NCBI GenBank assembly: GCA_017548545.1
Contig: JAFYZW010000127.1
Coordinates: forward strand, 24,201 to 88,200
Length of the DNA: 64,000 nt
From: Bacteroidales bacterium
GTDB taxonomy: Bacteria; Bacteroidota; Bacteroidia; Bacteroidales; UBA3663
Direction of reading: 5' to 3'
This document shows, piece after piece, positions 9,369 to 17,909 of the stretch; positions within the stretch are counted from its first letter, which is position 1, and each line of letters begins with the position of its first letter. The notes under the pieces are model-generated. The model was not told the origin of the DNA. It did not search any database and worked only from the letters and a program-made list of their open reading frames with translations. The translations under genes and the position numbers were made by a program.

Positions 9369-11503
9369 AAGTGCTCGTCGAAATAGCGTGAGATATTATT
9401 TAAAAGGTGTACACGGTCGCGGCCTCGCACGTTGTGCTCGTGACCGATGTACATCAGATAGTCGGGGTAGGTGCCATTGGCTACCGCATTCTTGAGGAAC
9501 TGCATCGACATCTGCGGGACGACGGTGCCGTCCTGGTCGTCGTGGATGATGAGCAGGTGCCCGCGCAGCTTTTCAGTCTGGTCGATCAAGGTGGTGGCTA
9601 TATATCCCTCGGGGTTGTTGTCGGGTGTGCCCATATAGCGCTCGCCGTACATCACTTCGTAGCGACTCCAGTCGAGCACGGGACCACCGCAGACACCCAC
9701 CTTGAACGTGTCGGGGTAGTTGAGCATCATATAGGTTGTCATGAAGCCTCCGTAACTCCATCCGTAGATGCCTATGCGGTCGGGATCGACATAGGGCAGT
9801 GTCTTGAGATATCCGACACCTTGGAGCTGGTCGAGCGCCTCCTCTTGGCCGAGGTTGTGCCAGATGGCCTGCTCGAAGGCGATGCCGCGATTGTCGGAGC
9901 CGCGTCCGTCGATGGTAAAGACGACATAGCCTCGGTTGGCCATGTAGCAATCCCATCCAGGCAGACCCCACTGGAAGCCGTCGGTGACAAGCTGGGCGTG
10001 GGGGCCGTTGTAGAGATAAACGATGGTGGGATATCGTTTGCCGGGATTGTCGGCATAATCGCGGGGCTTGACCAGACGATAGTAGAGGTCGGTCACCCCA
10101 TCGGCGGCCTTGAGCGTGCCAAGTTCCACTTCGGGACGTGCCAACGCGGGGTGCTTGTCGTTCTGGAGATAAGGATTGTCGGCGGTGTAGAGCACCTTGG
10201 TCGTGGCGGGGCGGCCGTTTCGGAGGCTAATCAGCTGGCAGGTGCGTGGTGTCGCATAGTTGGTGTAGGTGTCATAGACCTGCGTGAACTGTTTGTTGAC
10301 CTTGATGCTATGACGGCCTTCCGCTTGGGTGATGCGGGTGATTTTCGGGTTATGGGTTATGGATTTTTTGGGAATGGCTACGCTGAAGAGATTGCTTTCG
10401 AGCGGACTGTCGGCGGCGGCCATGAAATAGAGGAACCTAGCGGCTGGGTCGGCACCGACGATTGAACTGATGTCGAAGTTGCCCTTGGTCAACTGGAGGC
10501 ACGTAACCTTGTCGGCAGCCATGTTGTAAAGATAAGCCTGCATGTAGCCGTCGCGCTCACTGAGCCAGACGAAGCGGTCGTTGGAACCTGGGAGGAAGTA
10601 GACGGGATGCTTCGGCTCGACGTACTTGTCGGAAGTTTCGGTGAAGAGGGTTCGGACGAACTCGCCTGTGTGGGCATCATAGACGTTCATCTCGACATAG
10701 TTCTGCAGACGGTTGACTTCGGCAATGAGGATTTGACGGCCATCGGGGCGCCATGTGATATTGGTCAGATAATGATCCGGAGCGTTGATGCCGGAAGCGG
10801 TGCGCGAGGCATCTGTCCCTGAGCACAATGGCTGGGCTTCAGGCTTCCCGTTGGTTTTGAGGAAGACCGTCTGCTGACTGTCGGGGTTGTAGATGCCGAG
10901 GGTGACCTGGTGACTCGTCATGCCCGCCATCGGATAGCGTATCCACTTGACTTCGGCTTCCTGTGGATCGGTCTGCAGCAGGGGGTATCGGCCCACCATC
11001 GACTGGTCCATGCGATAGAATGCCAGCAAGTGGCCCTTTGGACTCCAGAAGATGCCTCCGTTGATGCCGAACTCGTTGCGATGGACGGATTGTCCCCACA
11101 CGATGTCGGACTGCCCGGGGTCGGGCGAATCGCTGGCGGCGTCAGGGTCGCTGACCTGATGGCGCACGGGGGTGTCATCATCGGTGATCTGCTCCACCCA
11201 CAGGCGGTCGCCTTCGCACAAGGCTCTCCACAGGCGATCGGCACTGGGCTCACCTTTTTCGCCCATACCCTGAGGCTGGGCGCTGGCTGCATCTTCGGGC
11301 AAGGTATAATGGAACTCCCCCTGCTCATCGAAATAGGTATTGAGGAGCGAGGGGGTATAGATGTAGTCGGGATGTCCTGGCGTGAGCTGCGCCATCGTGG
11401 GCAGTTTTCCCTCGCTTTGAGGGATGATGCTCAGGATGGTTTGTGCTGAAGCGATGCCAATCATTGATGTTGCCAATATCGTGGTGAGCAGGGTTTTGAG
11501 CAT
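9365..11503 (-). CDS. S9-family serine peptidase, dipeptidyl-peptidase IV type
   Basis: Signal peptide, an N-terminal beta-propeller-like region ([16 protein letters not shown]), the catalytic GWSYGG, and C-terminal DDQDGTV / GHEHN. It has a 4-nt ATGA overlap with purD. Confidence 0.85.
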   Translation of the reverse strand: MLKTLLTTILATSMIGIASAQTILSIIPQSEGKLPTMAQLTPGHPDYIYTPSLLNTYFDEQGEFHYTLPEDAASAQPQGMGEKGEPSADRLWRALCEGDRLWVEQITDDDTPVRHQVSDPDAASDSPDPGQSDIVWGQSVHRNEFGINGGIFWSPKGHLLAFYRMDQSMVGRYPLLQTDPQEAEVKWIRYPMAGMTSHQVTLGIYNPDSQQTVFLKTNGKPEAQPLCSGTDASRTASGINAPDHYLTNITWRPDGRQILIAEVNRLQNYVEMNVYDAHTGEFVRTLFTETSDKYVEPKHPVYFLPGSNDRFVWLSERDGYMQAYLYNMAADKVTCLQLTKGNFDISSIVGADPAARFLYFMAAADSPLESNLFSVAIPKKSITHNPKITRITQAEGRHSIKVNKQFTQVYDTYTNYATPRTCQLISLRNGRPATTKVLYTADNPYLQNDKHPALARPEVELGTLKAADGVTDLYYRLVKPRDYADNPGKRYPTIVYLYNGPHAQLVTDGFQWGLPGWDCYMANRGYVVFTIDGRGSDNRGIAFEQAIWHNLGQEEALDQLQGVGYLKTLPYVDPDRIGIYGWSYGGFMTTYMMLNYPDTFKVGVCGGPVLDWSRYEVMYGERYMGTPDNNPEGYIATTLIDQTEKLRGHLLIIHDDQDGTVVPQMSMQFLKNAVANGTYPDYLMYIGHEHNVRGRDRVHLLNNISRYFDEHL

Positions 11504-11538
11504 GGTCGGAGTGGTCGGAATGGTCGGAATACTCGGAG
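11503..11538. repeat. 9-bp tandem repeat (TGGTCGGAR x4) filling the spacer between the methyltransferase stop and the peptidase start
   Basis: tggtcggag tggtcggaa tggtcggaa tactcggag. The 36-nt spacer between the stop (11540-11542) and the ATG (11503-11501) is essentially four 9-mers. The minus-strand unit YTCCGACC is close to the main family's YTCGAACC. Confidence 0.85.
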
Positions 11539-11539
11539 G

Positions 11540-13291
11540 TTATTTGTCGTCGGGCTTCTTGGTGTAGTCGAGGACGGCCTTGCTCATGTCGAAGTCTTCG
11601 CCGAACATCGGACGGTTGGGGTCGTAGGTGCGACGTCCGCGAGGCTGGTATTCTCCGCCGCGCTCCTCGAGCTTGCCGTCTGCTCCGCGCTTGAAGTTGC
11701 CACGGCTCACCGAGATGCTGCCGTCCTTGCCGATGGTGTAGGTGCGCTTGGTGTTGCTGTCCTTACGAGGACGTTTGGGCTTGTCGTTGTCTGAAGGCTT
11801 GTGACCCCGATCGTAGGCTTTGCCGTCCTTGTCGAAGAAACGCTTCTTCTTTTCGCCGTCATCTTTCCTGCCCTCTTTCTTGAAGGGCTTGCCGTCCCTC
11901 TTGTCATCTTTTTTGAAAGACTTGCCTTTCTTCCCGTTGCCTTTGCGGATACGTTCGAAATGGTCGTTGTCCTGCTTCTGGTCGGCGCTTAGCTTATCGA
12001 GCTCGTTGCCATCCTTGCGGAACTCGTCGTACCTGCCGCTGAAAAGCTCGTATTTGCGGAGCTGGCAGGGGATGCCTCCGTTGTTGAGTTCGATCTTGAG
12101 CGAAGGCTTGAGGCCGACGAAGTCGAATGGGGTGCCTTCCTTACGGAAGCCTGTTTGCGGGTCGTTATAAACGAAAGTGGCGTTCGGGTCATCGCTTGAG
12201 ATGATCCAAGCCTCCGAGCCTTGGAAGTATTTCTTGAGCACGTTACCCACCATTCGGTAGAATGAGGGAACGTCGGTATAGAGGCGCTTGCCATAGGGCG
12301 GATTCATCACGACAATACCACCGAGTGGCTGTTCGCCTTCGGCCAATGCTTCGGCTTGGGCTTGAGCCCAAGGTGCAGTATCGACTTCTTCAAAATCCTT
12401 TACGGCGAGAGAGATGTATTTCTGTAATCCTGCTTTGCGGACATTCTCGGTGGTGACATCGATGGCGACTTTTGAGAGGTCGGAACCGTAAATGTGGTGT
12501 AGGAAAACCTTTTCCTGTGAATCGTCGTCATATAGTTCCTGCCAAAGGTCGTCGTCGTATGCAAGCTCACCCACAGTCCAACGCTGGAAGCCGAAGCCCT
12601 TGCGATAGAGGCCGGCGGGTGTGTTGGTGGCAATGAGGGCTGCTTCGATGAGGAAGGTTCCCGAGCCGCACATCGGGTCGTAGAGGTCACGCGTCCCGTC
12701 GTAGCCGGCTTTGAGCAGGATTCCGGCGGCAAGCACTTCGCTGATGGGCGCATCGGTGAGTTGTTCTTTGTAGCCGCGCTTGTAAAGTGGGTCACCGCTG
12801 GAGTCGAGACTGAGGGTACATGTCGAACCGACAGAGCTGCTTTCGGCAGTATCGGAAATATGCAGGTTGAACTGCACGTCGGCAGAGCCCACAGCTACCT
12901 TGGGACGTTTCATGCCGTTCTCAATGAAATAGTCGCAGATGGCATCCTTGGTGCGATAGATGGCGAAACGCGAGTTGCGGAAATTCTCCGAGAAGATGGT
13001 GTTGTCGATGGCGATGGTCTGTCCTTCGGCTACATATTGGCTCCAGTTGATAGCCTTCACCTTGGCGTAGAGTTCGTCAGGGTCGGCAGCTGTGAACTGC
13101 TCGATAGGCTTGAGCACACGCAGCGCGGTGCGGAGCCAGAGGTTAGACTTGTAAAGCAACTGCTTGTCGCCAAGATAGCTTACCATGCGGTTGCCGATGG
13201 TGATGTTTTCACCACCCAGCTGTTCAATTTCCTTGGCCAGTATCTCTTCGAGACCGGCGAGGGTTTTAGTGATGATCTTGAATTTTTCCAT
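11540..13291 (-). CDS. THUMP-domain class I SAM-dependent RNA methyltransferase with a long basic C-terminal tail
   Basis: MEKFKIITKTLAGLEEILAKEI (THUMP start), DPMCGSGTFLIEAAL (SAM motif I) and VMNPPYGKRL (motif IV). I trimmed the start to the Met at 13291, because the ORF-track start at 13459 overlaps cysE. The Met at 13312 is an alternative. Confidence 0.8.
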   Translation of the reverse strand: MEKFKIITKTLAGLEEILAKEIEQLGGENITIGNRMVSYLGDKQLLYKSNLWLRTALRVLKPIEQFTAADPDELYAKVKAINWSQYVAEGQTIAIDNTIFSENFRNSRFAIYRTKDAICDYFIENGMKRPKVAVGSADVQFNLHISDTAESSSVGSTCTLSLDSSGDPLYKRGYKEQLTDAPISEVLAAGILLKAGYDGTRDLYDPMCGSGTFLIEAALIATNTPAGLYRKGFGFQRWTVGELAYDDDLWQELYDDDSQEKVFLHHIYGSDLSKVAIDVTTENVRKAGLQKYISLAVKDFEEVDTAPWAQAQAEALAEGEQPLGGIVVMNPPYGKRLYTDVPSFYRMVGNVLKKYFQGSEAWIISSDDPNATFVYNDPQTGFRKEGTPFDFVGLKPSLKIELNNGGIPCQLRKYELFSGRYDEFRKDGNELDKLSADQKQDNDHFERIRKGNGKKGKSFKKDDKRDGKPFKKEGRKDDGEKKKRFFDKDGKAYDRGHKPSDNDKPKRPRKDSNTKRTYTIGKDGSISVSRGNFKRGADGKLEERGGEYQPRGRRTYDPNRPMFGEDFDMSKAVLDYTKKPDDK

Positions 13292-13328
13292 GTAATGGTA
13301 ACCGACAGGCATCTTTGTGCCTGTCTTG

Positions 13329-14195
13329 TCATTGAGCGTTGTAAAATAGCTTAGTGTTGGCAGGTACGTCGTGGGTAACCCAAAGGTTGCCGCCAATTGT
13401 AGTGTTGTCACCGATATGAACACGCCCCAGAATAGTAGCGTTGGCATAAACCACCACATTGTTGCCGAGAATGGGGTGACGTGCTATGCCTTTGACAAGT
13501 GAACCATCGGGCTCCTGCGGGAAGTTCTTGGCACCAAGTGTTACACCCTGATAAAGGGTGACATGATGACCCAGAATGGCTGTGGCGCCGATAACGACAC
13601 CCGTACCATGGTCGATGGCAAACGAAGGGCCAATGGTCGCTCCAGGATGGATGTCGATACCCGTCTCGCTGTGGGCCAACTCGGTGATCATGCGAGGGAT
13701 GAGCGGTACGTCAAGCTCGTAGATAGCATGGGCAATGCGATAATTGGTGACGGCATGCATGCCGGGATAGCAGAGGATGACTTCACCCAAGTTGTTGGCT
13801 GCGGGGTCGTTGCGGTACATTGCTACGACATCGGTGGCCAGTATCTCGCGGAGTTTGGGAAGGGCCTCGACAAACGTCTTGGCTCGGCGCTTGGCAGCAT
13901 CGCGTACTACCTCGCGTTCCACGAAGTCTTCGCCCTGTGCAAAGGCAATGCCTGCCATGAACTGCTTGCTGATTTTTTCGTAGAGATGCTCCACGCCAAC
14001 GCCGATATGGTACTGCAAGCCGCCTGTCACCACGTTTTTGCCGTAATAGCCAGGGAAGAGCACTGAGCGGCAAATATCGACAAATTCACGCAGTTCCGGC
14101 ACCGAAGGGAAAGGAATCCCCTCGATGCCGAAGTGGTGAAGTTCGCTTTGAGAAATATCGCTCAAAGCGAAGATGGTTCGGTCGAAACTGTGCAT
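13329..14195 (-). CDS. cysE: Serine O-acetyltransferase
   Basis: Hexapeptide-repeat region GATIGPSFAIDHGTGVVIGATAILGHHVTLYQGVTLG plus an N-terminal SATase helical domain. Confidence 0.85.
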   Translation of the reverse strand: MHSFDRTIFALSDISQSELHHFGIEGIPFPSVPELREFVDICRSVLFPGYYGKNVVTGGLQYHIGVGVEHLYEKISKQFMAGIAFAQGEDFVEREVVRDAAKRRAKTFVEALPKLREILATDVVAMYRNDPAANNLGEVILCYPGMHAVTNYRIAHAIYELDVPLIPRMITELAHSETGIDIHPGATIGPSFAIDHGTGVVIGATAILGHHVTLYQGVTLGAKNFPQEPDGSLVKGIARHPILGNNVVVYANATILGRVHIGDNTTIGGNLWVTHDVPANTKLFYNAQ

Positions 14196-14198
14196 TGA

Positions 14199-15425
14199 TC
14201 AGATGCCGTATTTGGCACGAATGGCCTTCGAAATGGCATTCTTGTTGACGACGTAGTTGAGGGTTTTGGCACGAACAAACTCAGGTGTCATATACCAGAT
14301 GCCGTCATATTTGCCGGTGATGCCCCAACTGTTCTTGATTAAGTAGTAAAGATTTCCCTCCTGATCCTTGGCAGTGCCAAAGAGGTGCATGCCGTGGTCG
14401 TCGCCCGTCTCAAAGTTGTCGTAACCACGCTGACGCTCCTCGGCGGTCACCTTCTTCTGTGGCAGAGGTTTCTCAGATAGTTCCTTGCCCTTGGCGCTGC
14501 GGTCAAGACGCAGCCAACGTGCCTGGTCGGCACCTGGAGCATCGGGAGCCTTCATGTCGGGATAGACGGCAAGGCCATCGCGGGTGAAGCCGTCCTCACT
14601 GACGTCACCGCCCCAAAGCACGGTGTAGCCTGCCTTGATGGCATCGTCGATGACTTGCATAAAGTCATCAAGTTCAAGGTTCAAGCTTTCACCCCAGCGC
14701 CAGTTGTCCTGCACTTCGATGACAAAGCCTTTGCCCTTGTTGGCGCCCGTAGAGTATGGGTGATGGGTGAACGAGGTAATCGAGACATAGTCGTCAGGAT
14801 TGAGTCCCGTGCTGGCAGCAAATGTCATGGGCGTATAGGTCTTGCCTTCGTAGGTGAATGTCTCGGGTGCCTTTCCGAGATAGACTTCATGTACTGCACG
14901 CAGACTTTTTTTCCATAAGGGTTCGCCATCGGGGCTGAACTGAAGAGTACGGGCACTGGCTGCGGCCTTGACGATTGGGTTTGTCATGGCGCTGAGTTCG
15001 CTGTGATTGCTGAGCGTGTCGCCATACATCGCACCGGCTGGCATTTCGCTGTCGGGGATGAGTCCGTAGTTGCGTAGGCAATAGAACACATCAACGAACG
15101 AGCCGCCTTGGGCGAAACTGACATCACCATGTGTGCGCACCGATTTCTCAGCACGATCCAGATAAGTTTTCTGAATGACATACATCTCCGAGAAGTCATA
15201 GATCTTACCGGTCTTCTTGAGTATCTCGCTCTCAAGGAAGCTGAGGCCAGAGTAGCTCCAGCAGGTGCCAGCATTCTTCTGGTTCTTGACTGGAGTGATA
15301 GCCAATGAATCAATTGTGGTAAATTGAAATCCCTTGACAGAGTCGTTCTTTGCTTCATCTTGTGCAATGGCAGCGCACGAGAGGATGGCGGCAACGCCGC
15401 AGAGCATGATTTTCTTCATTTTCAT
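14199..15425 (-). CDS. pepC: Aminopeptidase C / bleomycin-hydrolase-type C1 cysteine peptidase
   Basis: NQKNAGTCWSYSGLSFLESE (active-site Cys context) and a C-terminal HGMHLFG...IKNSWG (His/Asn region). An N-terminal signal peptide is present. Confidence 0.8.
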   Translation of the reverse strand: MKMKKIMLCGVAAILSCAAIAQDEAKNDSVKGFQFTTIDSLAITPVKNQKNAGTCWSYSGLSFLESEILKKTGKIYDFSEMYVIQKTYLDRAEKSVRTHGDVSFAQGGSFVDVFYCLRNYGLIPDSEMPAGAMYGDTLSNHSELSAMTNPIVKAAASARTLQFSPDGEPLWKKSLRAVHEVYLGKAPETFTYEGKTYTPMTFAASTGLNPDDYVSITSFTHHPYSTGANKGKGFVIEVQDNWRWGESLNLELDDFMQVIDDAIKAGYTVLWGGDVSEDGFTRDGLAVYPDMKAPDAPGADQARWLRLDRSAKGKELSEKPLPQKKVTAEERQRGYDNFETGDDHGMHLFGTAKDQEGNLYYLIKNSWGITGKYDGIWYMTPEFVRAKTLNYVVNKNAISKAIRAKYGI

Positions 15426-17053
15426 TTCTTTTTATTGTCCTTATTCTTCTTGTTTGTCGATTGCAGGATGTCGCTGTATCGCTTTTGGTCGGCGACAAGT
15501 TGGGCTGCCTTCTTCACGAGGGTATCCTGAAGCAGGCTGTGTTCCGATTGTCCCCGCTGATAGTAGTAGCGCAGAATAATCTCGTTGGCCACTTCCTCCT
15601 TGATCTCGTCGCGCAGCGAATCGAGGTCGTGTTTCATATCGAAGACCTTCAGTAAAGTCAGGATGCTGTCCTTCTTATGTGCGAGGGCTTCCTTGCAGAA
15701 AGCATCATACTCCTCGTCCGAGAGTTTGAACTCGCGGATGGGGGCAATGGTTTCGTGCTGTTGGCGATAGCGTGTCGCATAGTTGAAGGTGAGATATTCG
15801 CGATCGAGGTAATAGGCCAGTCCAGACATTTGCTGTGGCTTCTCTTCAACATCGGGTTTGATTCCGCGACCATCGCGCACCTCGCGGCCATTGGCGGTGT
15901 AGAACACATGGGTGAGTGAATCGGGGATTTGTTCAGCCTCGCCTAACTTGTAATTGATGACTTGAATGCATCGTCCCGAAGGGATGTAGTATTTGGCTGT
16001 CGTGAATTTCATCAGCGTGTTGTAGGGTAGTGGACGCGTACTTTGAACCAGACCCTTACCAAACGAACGCTCACCCATAATGACGGCACGATCCAGATCC
16101 TGCAACGATCCACTCAAAATCTCTGCAGCCGATGCGGTGTTCCGGTCGATAAGGCAGACAATGGGGAGGTTGGGCTCGATGGGTACGGTGTTGGTGCGAT
16201 AGGCACTATTCCATTCAGGGCGTTTGGCTTTTGTCTCGACTACTGGACTGCCTTTTGGTACAAACATTCCGACAATCTTAACGGCCTCCTCGAGCAGTCC
16301 GCCTCCGTTTTGACGCAAGTCGAAGATGAGGCCCTTGAGCGAATGTTGCTGGTCGGCACGTAATTTGACGAGTGCATCCTGCACCTCCTGTCCAGCCTTA
16401 TCGGTGAACTGCGAAAGGAAGATGTAGGCCACACTGTCGTTGAGCCAGCCGTAATATGGCACTGCATCGAGCACGATTTTCCGGCGATGAATCTCAAAGT
16501 CGATAGGCTCATCGATGTAAGGTCGCTTCACGCGAAGGTTGAACGTCGTTCCTGCTTGTCCGCGCAACTTCTCGCTTACTTCGGAAGTGTTCTTCTTGAG
16601 CATACTCTCGCCGTCGATGCTGAGGATGGCATCACCCACACGGACACCGGCTTCCATGGCAGGTCGGCCTTCGTAAGGGTTTGCGATGATTACCGTGTCG
16701 CCACGCTGTTGTATCAGTGCACCTATGCCACCGTATTCGCCAGTAGTCATGGTCTTGAAGTCCGACTGATCGTCCTCGCTGTAGAATTCGCAGTAAGGGT
16801 CGAGTTCGGTCAGCATAGCTTTTACGCCTGTTGCCAGCGCTTTCCCCCAGTCGATGGTGTCAACATACTGACCCTGCAAAGTGGTGATGGCCGATCCCAA
16901 GATCTCCATGTATTGTTGAACGTCGAGATGTAGATCCTCTACTTTCTTCTTGTTATGGCTGTCTGACGACTGTGCGAAGGTCTGCATGGGGCAAGTCGGG
17001 CAGAGTGTCAGGCAAACGATGAGGCCAACGAGGCCAAACATCCTTTTCATCAT
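15422..17053 (-). CDS. S41 carboxyl-terminal processing peptidase (PDZ plus S41 domains)
   Basis: PDZ segment GRPAMEAGVRVGDAILSIDG and S41 core DLRQNGGGLLEEAV ... NTASAAEILSG. I trimmed the start to MMKRMFGLVGLIV (17053), which lies 24 nt downstream of a TACATTTG box. Confidence 0.85.
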   Translation of the reverse strand: MMKRMFGLVGLIVCLTLCPTCPMQTFAQSSDSHNKKKVEDLHLDVQQYMEILGSAITTLQGQYVDTIDWGKALATGVKAMLTELDPYCEFYSEDDQSDFKTMTTGEYGGIGALIQQRGDTVIIANPYEGRPAMEAGVRVGDAILSIDGESMLKKNTSEVSEKLRGQAGTTFNLRVKRPYIDEPIDFEIHRRKIVLDAVPYYGWLNDSVAYIFLSQFTDKAGQEVQDALVKLRADQQHSLKGLIFDLRQNGGGLLEEAVKIVGMFVPKGSPVVETKAKRPEWNSAYRTNTVPIEPNLPIVCLIDRNTASAAEILSGSLQDLDRAVIMGERSFGKGLVQSTRPLPYNTLMKFTTAKYYIPSGRCIQVINYKLGEAEQIPDSLTHVFYTANGREVRDGRGIKPDVEEKPQQMSGLAYYLDREYLTFNYATRYRQQHETIAPIREFKLSDEEYDAFCKEALAHKKDSILTLLKVFDMKHDLDSLRDEIKEEVANEIILRYYYQRGQSEHSLLQDTLVKKAAQLVADQKRYSDILQSTNKKNKDNKKK

Positions 17054-17076
17054 GTTATAAAAGTTAAAAATTTGGG

Positions 17077-17084
17077 CAAATGTA
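17077..17084 (-). promoter_or_regulatory. Bacteroidota -7 box (TACATTTG) for the S41 peptidase / pepC transcription unit
   Basis: Matches the TAnnTTTG consensus known for Bacteroides sigma-A promoters. It lies 24 nt upstream of the ATG. Confidence 0.55.
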
Positions 17085-17168
17085 ACGATTTTTTTTTGAT
17101 TAACCAAAAAATGACTGTGTTTTTTGTTTTTTTTCGGGCAATCTTTGGGAAAAGTGGGCAAAATGCCT

Positions 17169-17176
17169 TATCTTTG
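17169..17176 (+). promoter_or_regulatory. -7 box TATCTTTG for the OMP / parC transcription unit
   Basis: TAnnTTTG match 29 nt upstream of the ATG at 17205. Confidence 0.6.
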
Positions 17177-17204
17177 CAGCAAATTATTCTGTTTATATTA
17201 CACA

Positions 17205-17885
17205 ATGCGTACATTTTTGAAGAGAATTGGTCTCCTTTTGGTATATGCTTTGCTCTCGTTGGACAGTGTATATGCCGAGAGTGACATCTTCCGTTGGGGC
17301 ATCACTGCGGGTGGTAATATTTCCAAGGTGGACGGCACTGGAACGGGCTTCATGAATACAGGATGGCATTACGACAGTTCGGGTGGATATTATGCTGGCA
17401 TCACAGCACGACTGTCTTTGCCAATTTTGAATTTCGGTCTCGATGCTTCTTTCGTCTATTCTCAAGAAATGGCCGACATCGAATCGAATGGAGCCAGCAT
17501 CATGGATAAACTGCGTTATTTCAGTGTCCCTGTCCATGTGCGTTACGATCTTGAGCTCCCGTTCCTTTCCGACCTCATCATCCCCTATCTATTTGGAGGA
17601 CCCCAATGTAATTTCGCGCTGAACGATTTTGACTTGTATGAATTCTTCAGGCAAGATCCCGAATCGGCAAAGCGCCTCTATGAAGTCGATTCGGAATATC
17701 GCACCAGCACGCGCGTTTGGAAACTTGACCTCGGTGTAGGTGTCATCCTTGTCGATCATGTCCAGGTGTCATATTTTTACGCCATTCCGTTCGAAAGCAG
17801 CTTTCGCTTCAAGACCATCTATGATGATTCGAAGAGCCACTTCAAGATGGGTACCCACCGCATTGGCTTGACTTATTATTTTTAA
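17205..17885 (+). CDS. Outer-membrane beta-barrel (porin-family / OmpW-like) protein
   Basis: Signal peptide MRTFLKRIGLLLVYALLSLDSVYA, alternating amphipathic strands, and a terminal ...RIGLTYYF aromatic residue. I trimmed the start from the track's 17124. Confidence 0.65.
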   Translation: MRTFLKRIGLLLVYALLSLDSVYAESDIFRWGITAGGNISKVDGTGTGFMNTGWHYDSSGGYYAGITARLSLPILNFGLDASFVYSQEMADIESNGASIMDKLRYFSVPVHVRYDLELPFLSDLIIPYLFGGPQCNFALNDFDLYEFFRQDPESAKRLYEVDSEYRTSTRVWKLDLGVGVILVDHVQVSYFYAIPFESSFRFKTIYDDSKSHFKMGTHRIGLTYYF

Positions 17886-17909
17886 CATCCTTACATCTTA
17901 AATATTCCT

